A DNA stretch of 25,840 nt, from positions 1 through 25,840 of the forward strand of contig CAJGDU010000001.1 of the NCBI GenBank assembly GCA_904502175.1. The letters run 5' to 3'. This document shows positions 11,748-19,487 of this stretch, in pieces. The stretch comes from Clostridiaceae bacterium (GTDB taxonomy: Bacteria > Bacillota > Clostridia > Oscillospirales > Acutalibacteraceae). The translations under genes were made by a program, and so were the position numbers. The number at the start of each line of letters is the position of its first letter. Position 1 is the first letter of the stretch. The notes beneath the pieces were generated by a model. That model saw only the letters and a list, made by a program, of their open reading frames with translations. It was not told where the DNA came from and did no database searches.

Positions 11748-11842
11748 AGATGCTCCTTTTACGTTGGGTTTTTGCGATGTATCGAAAACAGCCGTGTCAT
11801 TGAGCCGGGCACACGGCTTTTCTGTCTGCTTAAAGATTTATA

Positions 11843-11871
11843 ATAATATATGGGTTTTGCGCAAATGTCAA
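11843..11871 (-). promoter_or_regulatory. Putative sigma-A promoter of the rnj-gdpP-rplI-dnaB-tilS-hpt-ftsH run
   Basis: Minus strand TTGACA (11871-11866), 17-nt spacer, TATTAT (11848-11843). Confidence 0.75.
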
Positions 11872-11914
11872 ACTTTCTCAGAATAATTATACACTTTTTT
11901 TCTCAGCTAACAAG

Positions 11915-11923
11915 TGTTACTAT
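11915..11923 (+). promoter_or_regulatory. Putative extended -10 element for rnhA
   Basis: TG-T-TACTAT about 35 nt upstream of the rnhA ATG; no good -35; SD AAAGGAG at 11941-11947. Confidence 0.4.
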
Positions 11924-11957
11924 ATTAAGAGTTAAATAAGAAAGGAGCGGAAAGACT

Positions 11958-12404
11958 ATGGGCGATCTACCCCGCGTGGAGCTGTTCACCGACGGCGCCT
12001 GTTCCGGCAACCCCGGCCCCGGCGGCTACGGTGCCATCCTCCGCTACGGCACAGTGGAAAAGGAACTCTCCGGCGGCGAACCGGAGACCACCAACAACCG
12101 CATGGAGCTGACGGCCGTTCTCGTGGGCCTGAAGGCCCTCAAAAAGCCCTGCAGGCTCACCATCTACTCCGACTCCCAGTATTTCGTCAACGGCATCACG
12201 AAGGGCTGGGCGGCCTCCTGGAAGGCCAACGGCTGGAAGAAAAAAGACAAAAAGCCTGCCCTCAACCCCGACCTCTGGGACGAACTCCTCACAGAGCTCG
12301 ACAAACACGAGGTCGACATCGTCTGGGTCCGGGGCCATGCCGGACACCCGGAGAACGAGCGCTGCGACACCCTCGCCGTCGACGCGTACCAGAAATATTT
12401 ATAA
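11958..12404 (+). CDS. rnhA: Ribonuclease HI
   Basis: [50 protein letters not shown]; strong SD. Confidence 0.96.
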   Translation: MGDLPRVELFTDGACSGNPGPGGYGAILRYGTVEKELSGGEPETTNNRMELTAVLVGLKALKKPCRLTIYSDSQYFVNGITKGWAASWKANGWKKKDKKPALNPDLWDELLTELDKHEVDIVWVRGHAGHPENERCDTLAVDAYQKYL

Positions 12405-12441
12405 AAAAAGACCTTCCCCGCCGGGAAGGCCTTTTTGTTTT
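12405..12441. terminator. Bidirectional intrinsic terminator between convergent rnhA and SGNH genes
   Basis: A-tract-GA-CCTTCCC-CGCC-GGGAAGG-C-CTTTTTGTTTT: GC stem flanked by A and T tracts. Confidence 0.8.
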
Positions 12442-12443
12442 GA

Positions 12444-13457
12444 TCATTTTTTCTTCGGCAGGACCTTGAGGATCTTGTCGGCGATCTGACCGTGACCGGT
12501 CAGGGTCGGATGGCTGTCGGCACGGTAGATGGGAGACGACGGGTCGTTCATATGGGAACTGATGCCCCAGACGTCCACATAGGTGTAATAGGTGCCGGCA
12601 TAGGGCGAACCGTTCTGCATGTAGTCGTTGAACTGGGCATACATGCTGCCGAGCACATCGCCGATGGGGATGCCGAAACCGCCCTGCGGGAGGGTCTCGT
12701 TTTCAGAAGCGTTGTAGAGACCGACCACGACGAGCTTCGCACTCGGGTTCAGCTCATGGATGCGCGTGACGATGGCGTCGAAGTTCTGCGGAAACATGCG
12801 GGTGGCCGTCAGTTCCGCCTGCGCGAGGGCCATGTAGAACTGGACGTCCGTGCCGAGGAGCGCCATGTTGTTCAGGGTCTCCTGCAGCAGAGTGAACGGG
12901 TTCAGGAACGCAAGTGCCTCTGCCCCGAGGATACCGAGGTCTCTCTGGACCGTCTCCACGGCGATGAGCAGCGGCTGGGTGGCGTCGTTGATGCCGATGT
13001 TCAGCGTAATGAGCTGAGACTCGCGGATATCCTGCTGGAACGCGTTCCGCAGCACGTTGAGCTGGTTGACGTTCAGATGGCGCATGTCGTCGTTGTAGGA
13101 CGGCAGACGCAGCGGGCTCATGCCGTCTCCGTCATAGTCATTGTAGAGGAGCGCGCGCAGGTCCGTGGAACGATAACCGCTGTGGGCCAGCTGATGGACG
13201 GTATCCGCCTTGACCGCCTTCCCGACGATGTCGGGATAGGTGTTCGGGACCAGATCCCACTCGATCCGGTTGTAATTGTGGTTCATGTCGTAGCCGGGAT
13301 GGGAATAGCCGGCTGCCACGCTGTCGCCCAGCACCGTGTAAACGGGATACCGCTTCACATTGGACCGGGTGGCGGCAAACGAAGACATGCTGAGCACGGC
13401 GGTCAGCGTAAAGACTGCCACCAGTGCCGCGATGAGCCGCTTCATGGTCTTTTTCAT
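12444..13457 (-). CDS. Secreted SGNH/GDSL-family hydrolase (esterase/lipase)
   Basis: Signal-peptide-like MKKTMKRLIAALVAVFTLTAVLSMSSFA; block I LGDSVAAG, block II AHSG, block III IGIND, block V DSHP. ATG 13457 follows AAAGGAG. Confidence 0.85.
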   Translation of the reverse strand: MKKTMKRLIAALVAVFTLTAVLSMSSFAATRSNVKRYPVYTVLGDSVAAGYSHPGYDMNHNYNRIEWDLVPNTYPDIVGKAVKADTVHQLAHSGYRSTDLRALLYNDYDGDGMSPLRLPSYNDDMRHLNVNQLNVLRNAFQQDIRESQLITLNIGINDATQPLLIAVETVQRDLGILGAEALAFLNPFTLLQETLNNMALLGTDVQFYMALAQAELTATRMFPQNFDAIVTRIHELNPSAKLVVVGLYNASENETLPQGGFGIPIGDVLGSMYAQFNDYMQNGSPYAGTYYTYVDVWGISSHMNDPSSPIYRADSHPTLTGHGQIADKILKVLPKKK

Positions 13458-13511
13458 TCGAACTCTCTCTCCTTTGAGATCCAAAAACGTGTCTGTGTGT
13501 CAGGAAATTAT

Positions 13512-13561
13512 GTCTGTTTTGTTAACAGACTTATTTTACACGATTCTTCAGTCTTCGACAA
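13512..13561 (-). promoter_or_regulatory. Putative promoter plus operator-like inverted repeat upstream of the SGNH gene
   Basis: TTGTCG (13561-13556), 17-nt spacer, TAAAAT (13538-13533); immediately downstream a perfect 7-bp inverted repeat GTCTGTT-N5-AACAGAC (13512-13530). Confidence 0.5.
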
Positions 13562-15326
13562 GTCCCAATTCGTGGTCGAGGACTTCCTTGACGTCCTCCG
13601 GGTCCAGGCCGTGGACCATGCAGGCCTCGGACAGGGACTCGTAGAGGGCGGCGCCGCAGGTGACGCAGCTCATGCCGCAGTTCATGAGGACCTGAGCGGC
13701 ATCGGGATATTTCTCGATGATATCGATGATGAGCATGCTCGGGTCGATGGGACCGTCCGCGTTGACGGGCTTCTTCGCGAAGAAGGCCTCCACGTCTTCC
13801 GCCGCGGTCTTCGCCGTCCGTAGCCCGAAGTTCTTCTCGAAGACGCCGACGATGCTCTCGGTCATGTAGTCCGGGAAGGACGGCACGACGACGAGGTTCT
13901 TGGCGCCGATATAGATGAGGGTGAGCAGCGCGGTCATGGCCGCTTCGTCGCCCAGGGAGACCACATAGGAAATGGGGACGCCGTTGATGTCGTATTTGTT
14001 GAGGTCGGCCTGGAGCTTCAGCGCCATCATGCAGAAGGAGTAGGTATCGGACAGGTCGCCGATGTCCATGGTCCGGGGCATGCCGCGCAGGGTGCCGAGG
14101 TACTGGTCGTTGAACCGGTACTTGACCGGGCCTGCCGTCATGACGGTGGAGTTCTTCGGCAGAGCGGCGATGAGTTCGCTCACGTAAGCGCGCTCCTCCT
14201 CTGCCCCGTCGGTGCCGATGACGGTGACGATCTTGCCGATGGAGTTGTCTTCGATGGCACCGGTGATCATCTCGCTCATGGCATAGAGCTGTTCATGGCC
14301 GAAGCCGGTGACGATTTCGCCGCGGCGGAGTTCCTCGGGCGGAGCGCAGGTCTTGGCCTGCTCGATGACCGCGGAGAAGTCCGTGACGTTGTCGCCGTCC
14401 GTCTCCAGATGCGGGACGCCGGCGGCGCCGGCGAAGCCGGTGGTATAGATGCGATTCCTGTACGCCTCTTCCGGGGGAAGGAGTTTTCCGCCGGTGATGA
14501 CGATGGGGCCGTTGAATTTCGTGAAGTCTTCTGTCTGCGCGTTCAGCGAGCCGCCGTAGTTGCCGGCAAAGTGGTCGATGCCGGTGAGCTCCGGATAGCA
14601 GTGGGCAGACATGAGGTCGTCGTGGGTGTAGACATCGACGCCGGTGTCTTTCGCCTGGGCGAGCAGACACTCCAGGGCGCGGATGTCGTTGCCGCAGACC
14701 AGGATGCCGGGGTTTTTCCGGACACCCAGCTCGATATTGGTGATTTTCGGAGAACCGTACCGCTCGATGCGGGCGTTGTCCAGAAGGCCCATGGAACGGT
14801 AGCCGAACCCGCCGACTTCCATGGACAGGTTGAACAGAAGGCCAACGCTGAGGGTGAACTTCAGAGTCCGCTGGAGGACGCGCTGCAGGAACGGATCGAT
14901 GCCCTCATCCTCATAGCCGATCTGATAGGCGTTGTAGGCAAAGGACGCAATGCCCTTCAGTCCGGACAGAACGATGCGGCGGAGGCTCTGCGCGTCCGCG
15001 TTCTCATTCTCCTTTTCCGCCACTTCGGCCAGTTTTGCCTCATACTCCTCGGGGCCCGCGGGGTCCCAGAGAGAGTCGACGGGCAGGACCCGGGGCGCCG
15101 TGACATCGGCGAGCAGGGTCCGCTTGACGTCGAGGGTCTCTTCGATGGCGCTGCCGAGCACCGCCTCATCCGTGTTCACGCCCTCCATGGTCATGCAGAG
15201 GTTGCGCAGGATGAGCAGGTCCGCGGACTTCGGCACATCTTTCATCTCGACACGTAATTCTGTCGTGACCGCGGCCAGGCTCTTGGTGGCAAGGTCCAGG
15301 ACCGCGGCAAGGTTCTTTGAGGTCAT
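13548..15326 (-). CDS. Degenerate hybrid-cluster protein (Hcp/prismane) homolog lacking Fe-S ligands, fused to a C-terminal DUF1858-like (HCP-associated redox disulfide) domain
   Basis: Colinear with clostridial Hcp (SLR..GLKG, GVRKNPGIL, TGVDVYTH, FAGNYG, RIYTTG, DFS.VIE.AK, GF.H, TAG..KYR, LG..GMPR..D.G, DIN.VPI). The last 66 aa, IDPSMLIIDIIEKYP..CGMSCVTC..ESLSEACMVHGLD, match the DUF1858 pattern. SD GGAGG 9 nt before ATG 15326. Confidence 0.85.
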   Translation of the reverse strand: MTSKNLAAVLDLATKSLAAVTTELRVEMKDVPKSADLLILRNLCMTMEGVNTDEAVLGSAIEETLDVKRTLLADVTAPRVLPVDSLWDPAGPEEYEAKLAEVAEKENENADAQSLRRIVLSGLKGIASFAYNAYQIGYEDEGIDPFLQRVLQRTLKFTLSVGLLFNLSMEVGGFGYRSMGLLDNARIERYGSPKITNIELGVRKNPGILVCGNDIRALECLLAQAKDTGVDVYTHDDLMSAHCYPELTGIDHFAGNYGGSLNAQTEDFTKFNGPIVITGGKLLPPEEAYRNRIYTTGFAGAAGVPHLETDGDNVTDFSAVIEQAKTCAPPEELRRGEIVTGFGHEQLYAMSEMITGAIEDNSIGKIVTVIGTDGAEEERAYVSELIAALPKNSTVMTAGPVKYRFNDQYLGTLRGMPRTMDIGDLSDTYSFCMMALKLQADLNKYDINGVPISYVVSLGDEAAMTALLTLIYIGAKNLVVVPSFPDYMTESIVGVFEKNFGLRTAKTAAEDVEAFFAKKPVNADGPIDPSMLIIDIIEKYPDAAQVLMNCGMSCVTCGAALYESLSEACMVHGLDPEDVKEVLDHELGLVED

Positions 15327-15345
15327 ATCGTTCGTCCTCCGACTG

Positions 15346-15741
15346 TTAGTTTCTGGTTGTTCCCGAAGATTTCTTTCTGACGGTCACGGTTTTTGCCGGC
15401 TTTTTCTTCCGGATGGTGACTTTCTTCGACTTTTCCACTTTCCGGACGCCGGCTTTTTTCGGCGGCCGCTCCGTCTCCTTCGGCACGACATAGTACTTCG
15501 GGTTCGGGTTGATGCCCCTCAGCGGGACCCCCTCTTCATCGAGATATTTGCCGTACTTCTGAAGGATGTCTTCAGAACTGTAGAGGTCGTCGGTCTCGTC
15601 GAGGTCTGTCTTCGGTTCGTGGGGCTGCACCGCTCCGGGACGGTGCCAGTCCTCGGGCCGGATCTCGGTGCCGTCCGGGAAAACGACGACGCCGAAGCCG
15701 GGAACCTTCGCGGAGCCTTTGCCCCGTTTCCGTTTTTTCAC
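15346..15741 (-). CDS. Hypothetical protein, 131 aa, basic N-terminus and Lys-rich C-terminal tail
   Basis: GTG start with SD AGAGGT; fills the gap between rsgA and the Hcp-like gene; preceded by a consensus promoter; stop 19 nt before the next ATG. Confidence 0.7.
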   Translation of the reverse strand: MKKRKRGKGSAKVPGFGVVVFPDGTEIRPEDWHRPGAVQPHEPKTDLDETDDLYSSEDILQKYGKYLDEEGVPLRGINPNPKYYVVPKETERPPKKAGVRKVEKSKKVTIRKKKPAKTVTVRKKSSGTTRN

Positions 15742-15789
15742 AACAGTACCTCTTTCTTAACACATCAGAAAGCGTAAGTTCAACGAATG

Positions 15790-15818
15790 ATTATATCGCA
15801 AAAATCAATTGAGTACAA
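15790..15818 (-). promoter_or_regulatory. Putative sigma-A promoter for the hypothetical + Hcp-like gene pair
   Basis: TTGTAC (15818-15813), 17-nt spacer, TATAAT (15795-15790), starting right after the rsgA stop. Confidence 0.7.
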
Positions 15819-15819
15819 G

Positions 15820-16719
15820 TTATTTTGTCGATTTCAGCTGCCAGGCGGAAAGATCTTTCACTTCCTCATACATGGCCCGGTAGGAACGGTAGCGGGACGC
15901 GCTGATCTTCCCCGCTTCCACCGCCGCTGTCACGGCGCACCCCTTGTCGTTCATATGGGCGCAGGAGGGGTGGAATCGACAGGAGGCGATGTACGGCTCG
16001 AACTCCGGGAAACAGTCTTCGAGGTCCTCTTTCAGGACCAGTTCCTCGCGGGAAAACTCCAGCGAGGCGAAGCCCGGGGTGTCGACGACATAGCCGCCGG
16101 CGACCTTCATGAGAGTGCACTCGCGGGTGGTATGCTTCCCGCGGCCGAGCTTCCGGGATATTTCCGCGGTGGCAAGGTCGAGCGTGGGGTCCAGCGCGTT
16201 GAGCAGCGTGGACTTCCCGACGCCGGAGTTGCCGGTGAAAGCGCAGGTGTGGTCCTTGAGCAGGGCCCGCAGTTCTCCGGTGCCCTCTCCGGTCAGGCCG
16301 TTCGTCACGACGACCGGGAACGGGGTCTTCTCGTAAGTTTCCCGCAGTTCCTCCACACTGGAGAGGTCGGCTTTGTTGAGCACGATGACCGGTTCGATCT
16401 CCTTGCGGACCGCGATGGCCGTCAGGCGGTCGATGACCAGCGGATTGGGCCGGGGCTCGATACTGGCCACGACGATGATGATGCGGTCGATGTTGGCGAC
16501 CGGCGGCCGGCGGAGCTCGTTGCGCCGCGGGAAGATCTCCTCGATGGTGTTCTCGTGTTCCCCATCCTCGACACGGATGCGGACTTTATCGCCCACCAGC
16601 GGAGTGACTCCCTCGTTGCGGAAAGACCCTCTCGCCCGGCATTCGAAAACTCCGTCGGCGGCCTCTACGTAATAGAAGCCGCCGATCCCTTTCAGGATAG
16701 TTCCGTTATACTCTGTCAT
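15820..16719 (-). CDS. rsgA: Ribosome small subunit-dependent GTPase A (RsgA/CpgA)
   Basis: Circularly permuted GTPase: NKAD, GNSGVGKS, RGKHTT, DTPG; C-terminal Zn finger CRF..CAH...GC. Confidence 0.96.
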   Translation of the reverse strand: MTEYNGTILKGIGGFYYVEAADGVFECRARGSFRNEGVTPLVGDKVRIRVEDGEHENTIEEIFPRRNELRRPPVANIDRIIIVVASIEPRPNPLVIDRLTAIAVRKEIEPVIVLNKADLSSVEELRETYEKTPFPVVVTNGLTGEGTGELRALLKDHTCAFTGNSGVGKSTLLNALDPTLDLATAEISRKLGRGKHTTRECTLMKVAGGYVVDTPGFASLEFSREELVLKEDLEDCFPEFEPYIASCRFHPSCAHMNDKGCAVTAAVEAGKISASRYRSYRAMYEEVKDLSAWQLKSTK

Positions 16720-16723
16720 ACAG

Positions 16724-18754
16724 TCACCAGGGCAGGATGAAACCGCTGCCCGAGCCGGTCGTCGATTCGGAATACGGATAGGTGTTGACGCTCGTCAGCG
16801 GCACCGAACTGCGGGTGAAGTCCGCCTTGGCGTCATAGATCTTGGTTTCGCCGATATAGATATCGATGGGGACCTGGGAACCGGTGCCGGAGATCTCCGT
16901 GGCATAGGAACCGCCGTTGCAGAGCACTTCCGCGCTCTTCTGGAGTTCGTTGGCCACATAGACCCGGATGGTCTTGGTCTCATTGATGTTCGGCAGGGTG
17001 ACCGTCACACGTCCGGTCTTCTTGGCCTGGGAACCCGAGCTGACGGTGAGGTCGATGCTCGTGCCCTTGTTCGCCTTGATGCCGTTCTTGATGCTCTGGT
17101 CGATGATGGTGCCCTTGGCCTCGGAGGAATCGGCTTCCGTAACGCTGCCGACCTTCAGGCCCTGTCCCGTGAAGAACTGTTCCACGGACGCCTTATCGGT
17201 GTAGTAGTTCATGCCGATGACGTTGGGGACACTGACCTTTTCGGAGCTCTCGTCGGTGGCCACCACCAGCAGGATGGTCTCCGAGGTGTCCGCTTCCGTG
17301 CCCTGTTCGGGGTCGGAACGGATGACGGTGCCCGGGGTGGCGGTCGCCGAGAACTGGGTCTCTGCCTTCAGGTTGGTGAACCCTTCGGTCTGCAGGATCT
17401 CGCTGGCTTCCAGCAGGGTCTTGCCGTAGATCTTCGGGACCTCGACCACGGTGCCCTTGGACACCACTTCGAGTTTGATGGTCGTGCCCTTGCGGACCTC
17501 AGTGCCGGAGGCCGGGTCCTGCTTGATGACTTCGCCTTCCGCCGCGGTGGTGGAAGAGACGTAGTTGAGATCGAACTCGAAATCGTCATAGCGCTCGTTG
17601 CCGTCGATTTCCTCGGCGTAGATCTTGCCGACGAAGTTCGGAACGGTCAGCGAATCGCCGCCGAGAACATCGGTGAAAAGCCGCAGGAACACCAGCACCG
17701 CGACGATGGCGGCCACCAGGCCGAGGGCGATGCCGATGCCGACATTGCGGCGCACGTTGCTCTTCCGGCGCTGTTCCGGCAGGATGGGGTTGGCTCCGGA
17801 GGAAGCCCCGCGGCCGCCGCTCACGTCCGGGGCGCCGGCGCCGTACATGCCGCCGGTGACGGACTCACGGTTGATGAACTTGGTGGGCTCTTTATCGACA
17901 AAGTAGGTGTAGTCGAATTTGATGGAGGGATTGCGTTTCAGCTCATCGAGGTCCAGCAGCATTTCGGCTGCGGACTGATAGCGGCTGCCGGTCCCCTTTT
18001 CCATGGCGTGGAGGGTGATCTGCTCCAGACCGATGGGTATTTGGGGATTGATCTCCCGGGGCGGAGTGGCCTCGTTCTGCACCTGCATGATGGCGACGGA
18101 CACCGCGCTGTCCGCCTCGAAGGGCAGACGGCCGGTGATCATCTCATAGAGGACCACGCCGACGGAGTAGATGTCCGCCTTGTCATCGGTGGTCTCTCCC
18201 CTCGCCTGCTCCGGCGAGATGTAGTGGACCGACCCGATGGCGGCCTCGGTCATGGTGCGGGTCTCTCCGCGGGAGAAACGGGCAATGCCGAAATCGGTGA
18301 CTTTGATGGTGCCGTTTTCCAGAAGCAGGATGTTCTGGGGCTTGATGTCCCGGTGGACGATGCCCTTGTCATGGGCATGCTGGAGCGCCCGGAGGATCTG
18401 GGTCGTGAAGTGGACCGCTTCCTTCCAGGGGATGACGCCCTGCTTCTCGATATATTCTTTCAGCGTGATGCCTTCCACATACTCCATGACGATGTACTGG
18501 AGTTTATCGCCCAGAGAGACATCGTAGACTTTGACGATGTTCGGGTGGGAAAGCACCGCGATGGCTTTCGATTCATTTTTGAAGCGCCTGCGGAACTCCT
18601 CGTTGGCGAGGAACTCGTCCTTCAGGACTTTGATGGAGACCAGGCGGTCATCGATGTTGTCATAGGCCTTGTAGACCACGGCCATGCCGCCGACACCGAC
18701 GATCTCGCGGATCTCATAGCGGCCGTCGAGCCGCTTGCCGACATAATTATCCAT
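16724..18754 (-). CDS. pknB: PASTA-domain Ser/Thr protein kinase (PknB/PrkC/Stk1)
   Basis: GVGGMAVVY, HRDIKPQN, TDFGIA, GSVHYISPEQ, TM helix, three PASTA repeats (VPNFVG, VPKIYG, VPNVIG). Confidence 0.95.
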   Translation of the reverse strand: MDNYVGKRLDGRYEIREIVGVGGMAVVYKAYDNIDDRLVSIKVLKDEFLANEEFRRRFKNESKAIAVLSHPNIVKVYDVSLGDKLQYIVMEYVEGITLKEYIEKQGVIPWKEAVHFTTQILRALQHAHDKGIVHRDIKPQNILLLENGTIKVTDFGIARFSRGETRTMTEAAIGSVHYISPEQARGETTDDKADIYSVGVVLYEMITGRLPFEADSAVSVAIMQVQNEATPPREINPQIPIGLEQITLHAMEKGTGSRYQSAAEMLLDLDELKRNPSIKFDYTYFVDKEPTKFINRESVTGGMYGAGAPDVSGGRGASSGANPILPEQRRKSNVRRNVGIGIALGLVAAIVAVLVFLRLFTDVLGGDSLTVPNFVGKIYAEEIDGNERYDDFEFDLNYVSSTTAAEGEVIKQDPASGTEVRKGTTIKLEVVSKGTVVEVPKIYGKTLLEASEILQTEGFTNLKAETQFSATATPGTVIRSDPEQGTEADTSETILLVVATDESSEKVSVPNVIGMNYYTDKASVEQFFTGQGLKVGSVTEADSSEAKGTIIDQSIKNGIKANKGTSIDLTVSSGSQAKKTGRVTVTLPNINETKTIRVYVANELQKSAEVLCNGGSYATEISGTGSQVPIDIYIGETKIYDAKADFTRSSVPLTSVNTYPYSESTTGSGSGFILPW

Positions 18755-18758
18755 TTTC

Positions 18759-19487
18759 TCACCCCTCCACGGCTACGACCGTGATGTTGTCTCCGCCACC
18801 GTGCTCGTTCGCGAGGTCCACGAGGGCGCTCGCGAAGTCGGTATGACGGCCTTCCAGGATCGCTTTGTGGATGTCTTCATCGCTCACATAGTTCGTGAGC
18901 CCGTCCGTACAGATGAGCAGCATGCATTTTTCCCCGCACGGCTCCTCTGTGAAATCGACCCGGAGGTTCTCATCGACGCCGAGGGCTCTGGTGATGAGGT
19001 TCTTGCTGGGGTGCCGGAGCGCCTCCTCCTCGGTGATCTCTCCGTTCTCGACCATCTTCTGAACGACCGAATGGTCCCGGGTCAGCTGGCGGATGGTCTG
19101 TTTCCCGACCACGTAGGCACGGCTGTCTCCGGCGTGGGCCACATAGATGTTTTCCTCATCCATGATGGCGGCCACGACCGTGGTCCCCATGCCGGCCAGT
19201 TCCGGGTTGGCGATGGTCATATCGTAGATCTCGTAGTTGGCATTGGTAATGGCGGTCACCAGCAGGTTCCGGATGGAGGAAGAACTCATGTTCTCCCGGT
19301 AGGCGGTGGTGATCCGCTCAGAGATGGATCGGACCGCGGTGGAACTGGCGACGTTGCCGCCGACGCTGCCGCCCATGCCGTCGCAGACGACAGCCCAGGC
19401 CACGCCGTTGCGGAATTCGCCCGCGGCGTAAGAGTCCTGGTTGGACGACCGCACTTTTCCGGGGTCTGTCCTTGCGATGATCCTCAT
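18759..19487 (-). CDS. stp: PP2C-type Ser/Thr phosphatase (Stp1/PrpC/IreP family)
   Basis: G.VR..NQD, CDGMGG, GMGTT, HAGDSRAY, DHS, ITRALG, TDGL, GGGDNIT; adjacent to the kinase. Confidence 0.94.
   Translation of the reverse strand: MRIIARTDPGKVRSSNQDSYAAGEFRNGVAWAVVCDGMGGSVGGNVASSTAVRSISERITTAYRENMSSSSIRNLLVTAITNANYEIYDMTIANPELAGMGTTVVAAIMDEENIYVAHAGDSRAYVVGKQTIRQLTRDHSVVQKMVENGEITEEEALRHPSKNLITRALGVDENLRVDFTEEPCGEKCMLLICTDGLTNYVSDEDIHKAILEGRHTDFASALVDLANEHGGGDNITVVAVEG

Noticed and set aside
7559..11843. Very long plus-strand ORFs (811 aa and 631 aa; similar ones at 991-1857, 6172-7614, 12492-13823 and 23465-25162)
   Set aside because: Antisense shadows of GC3-biased minus-strand genes; no recognisable motifs or SD, and fully overlapped by well-supported genes.
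11958..12404. RNase H as part of a retroelement or defence system
   Set aside because: Ordinary stand-alone RNase HI; no reverse transcriptase, repeat array or ncRNA nearby.
13548..15326. Calling this gene a functional hcp or a pseudogene
   Set aside because: Ligand motifs are absent, so hydroxylamine/NO reductase function is unsupported; there is no frameshift or stop and expression signals are intact, so it is not a classical pseudogene.
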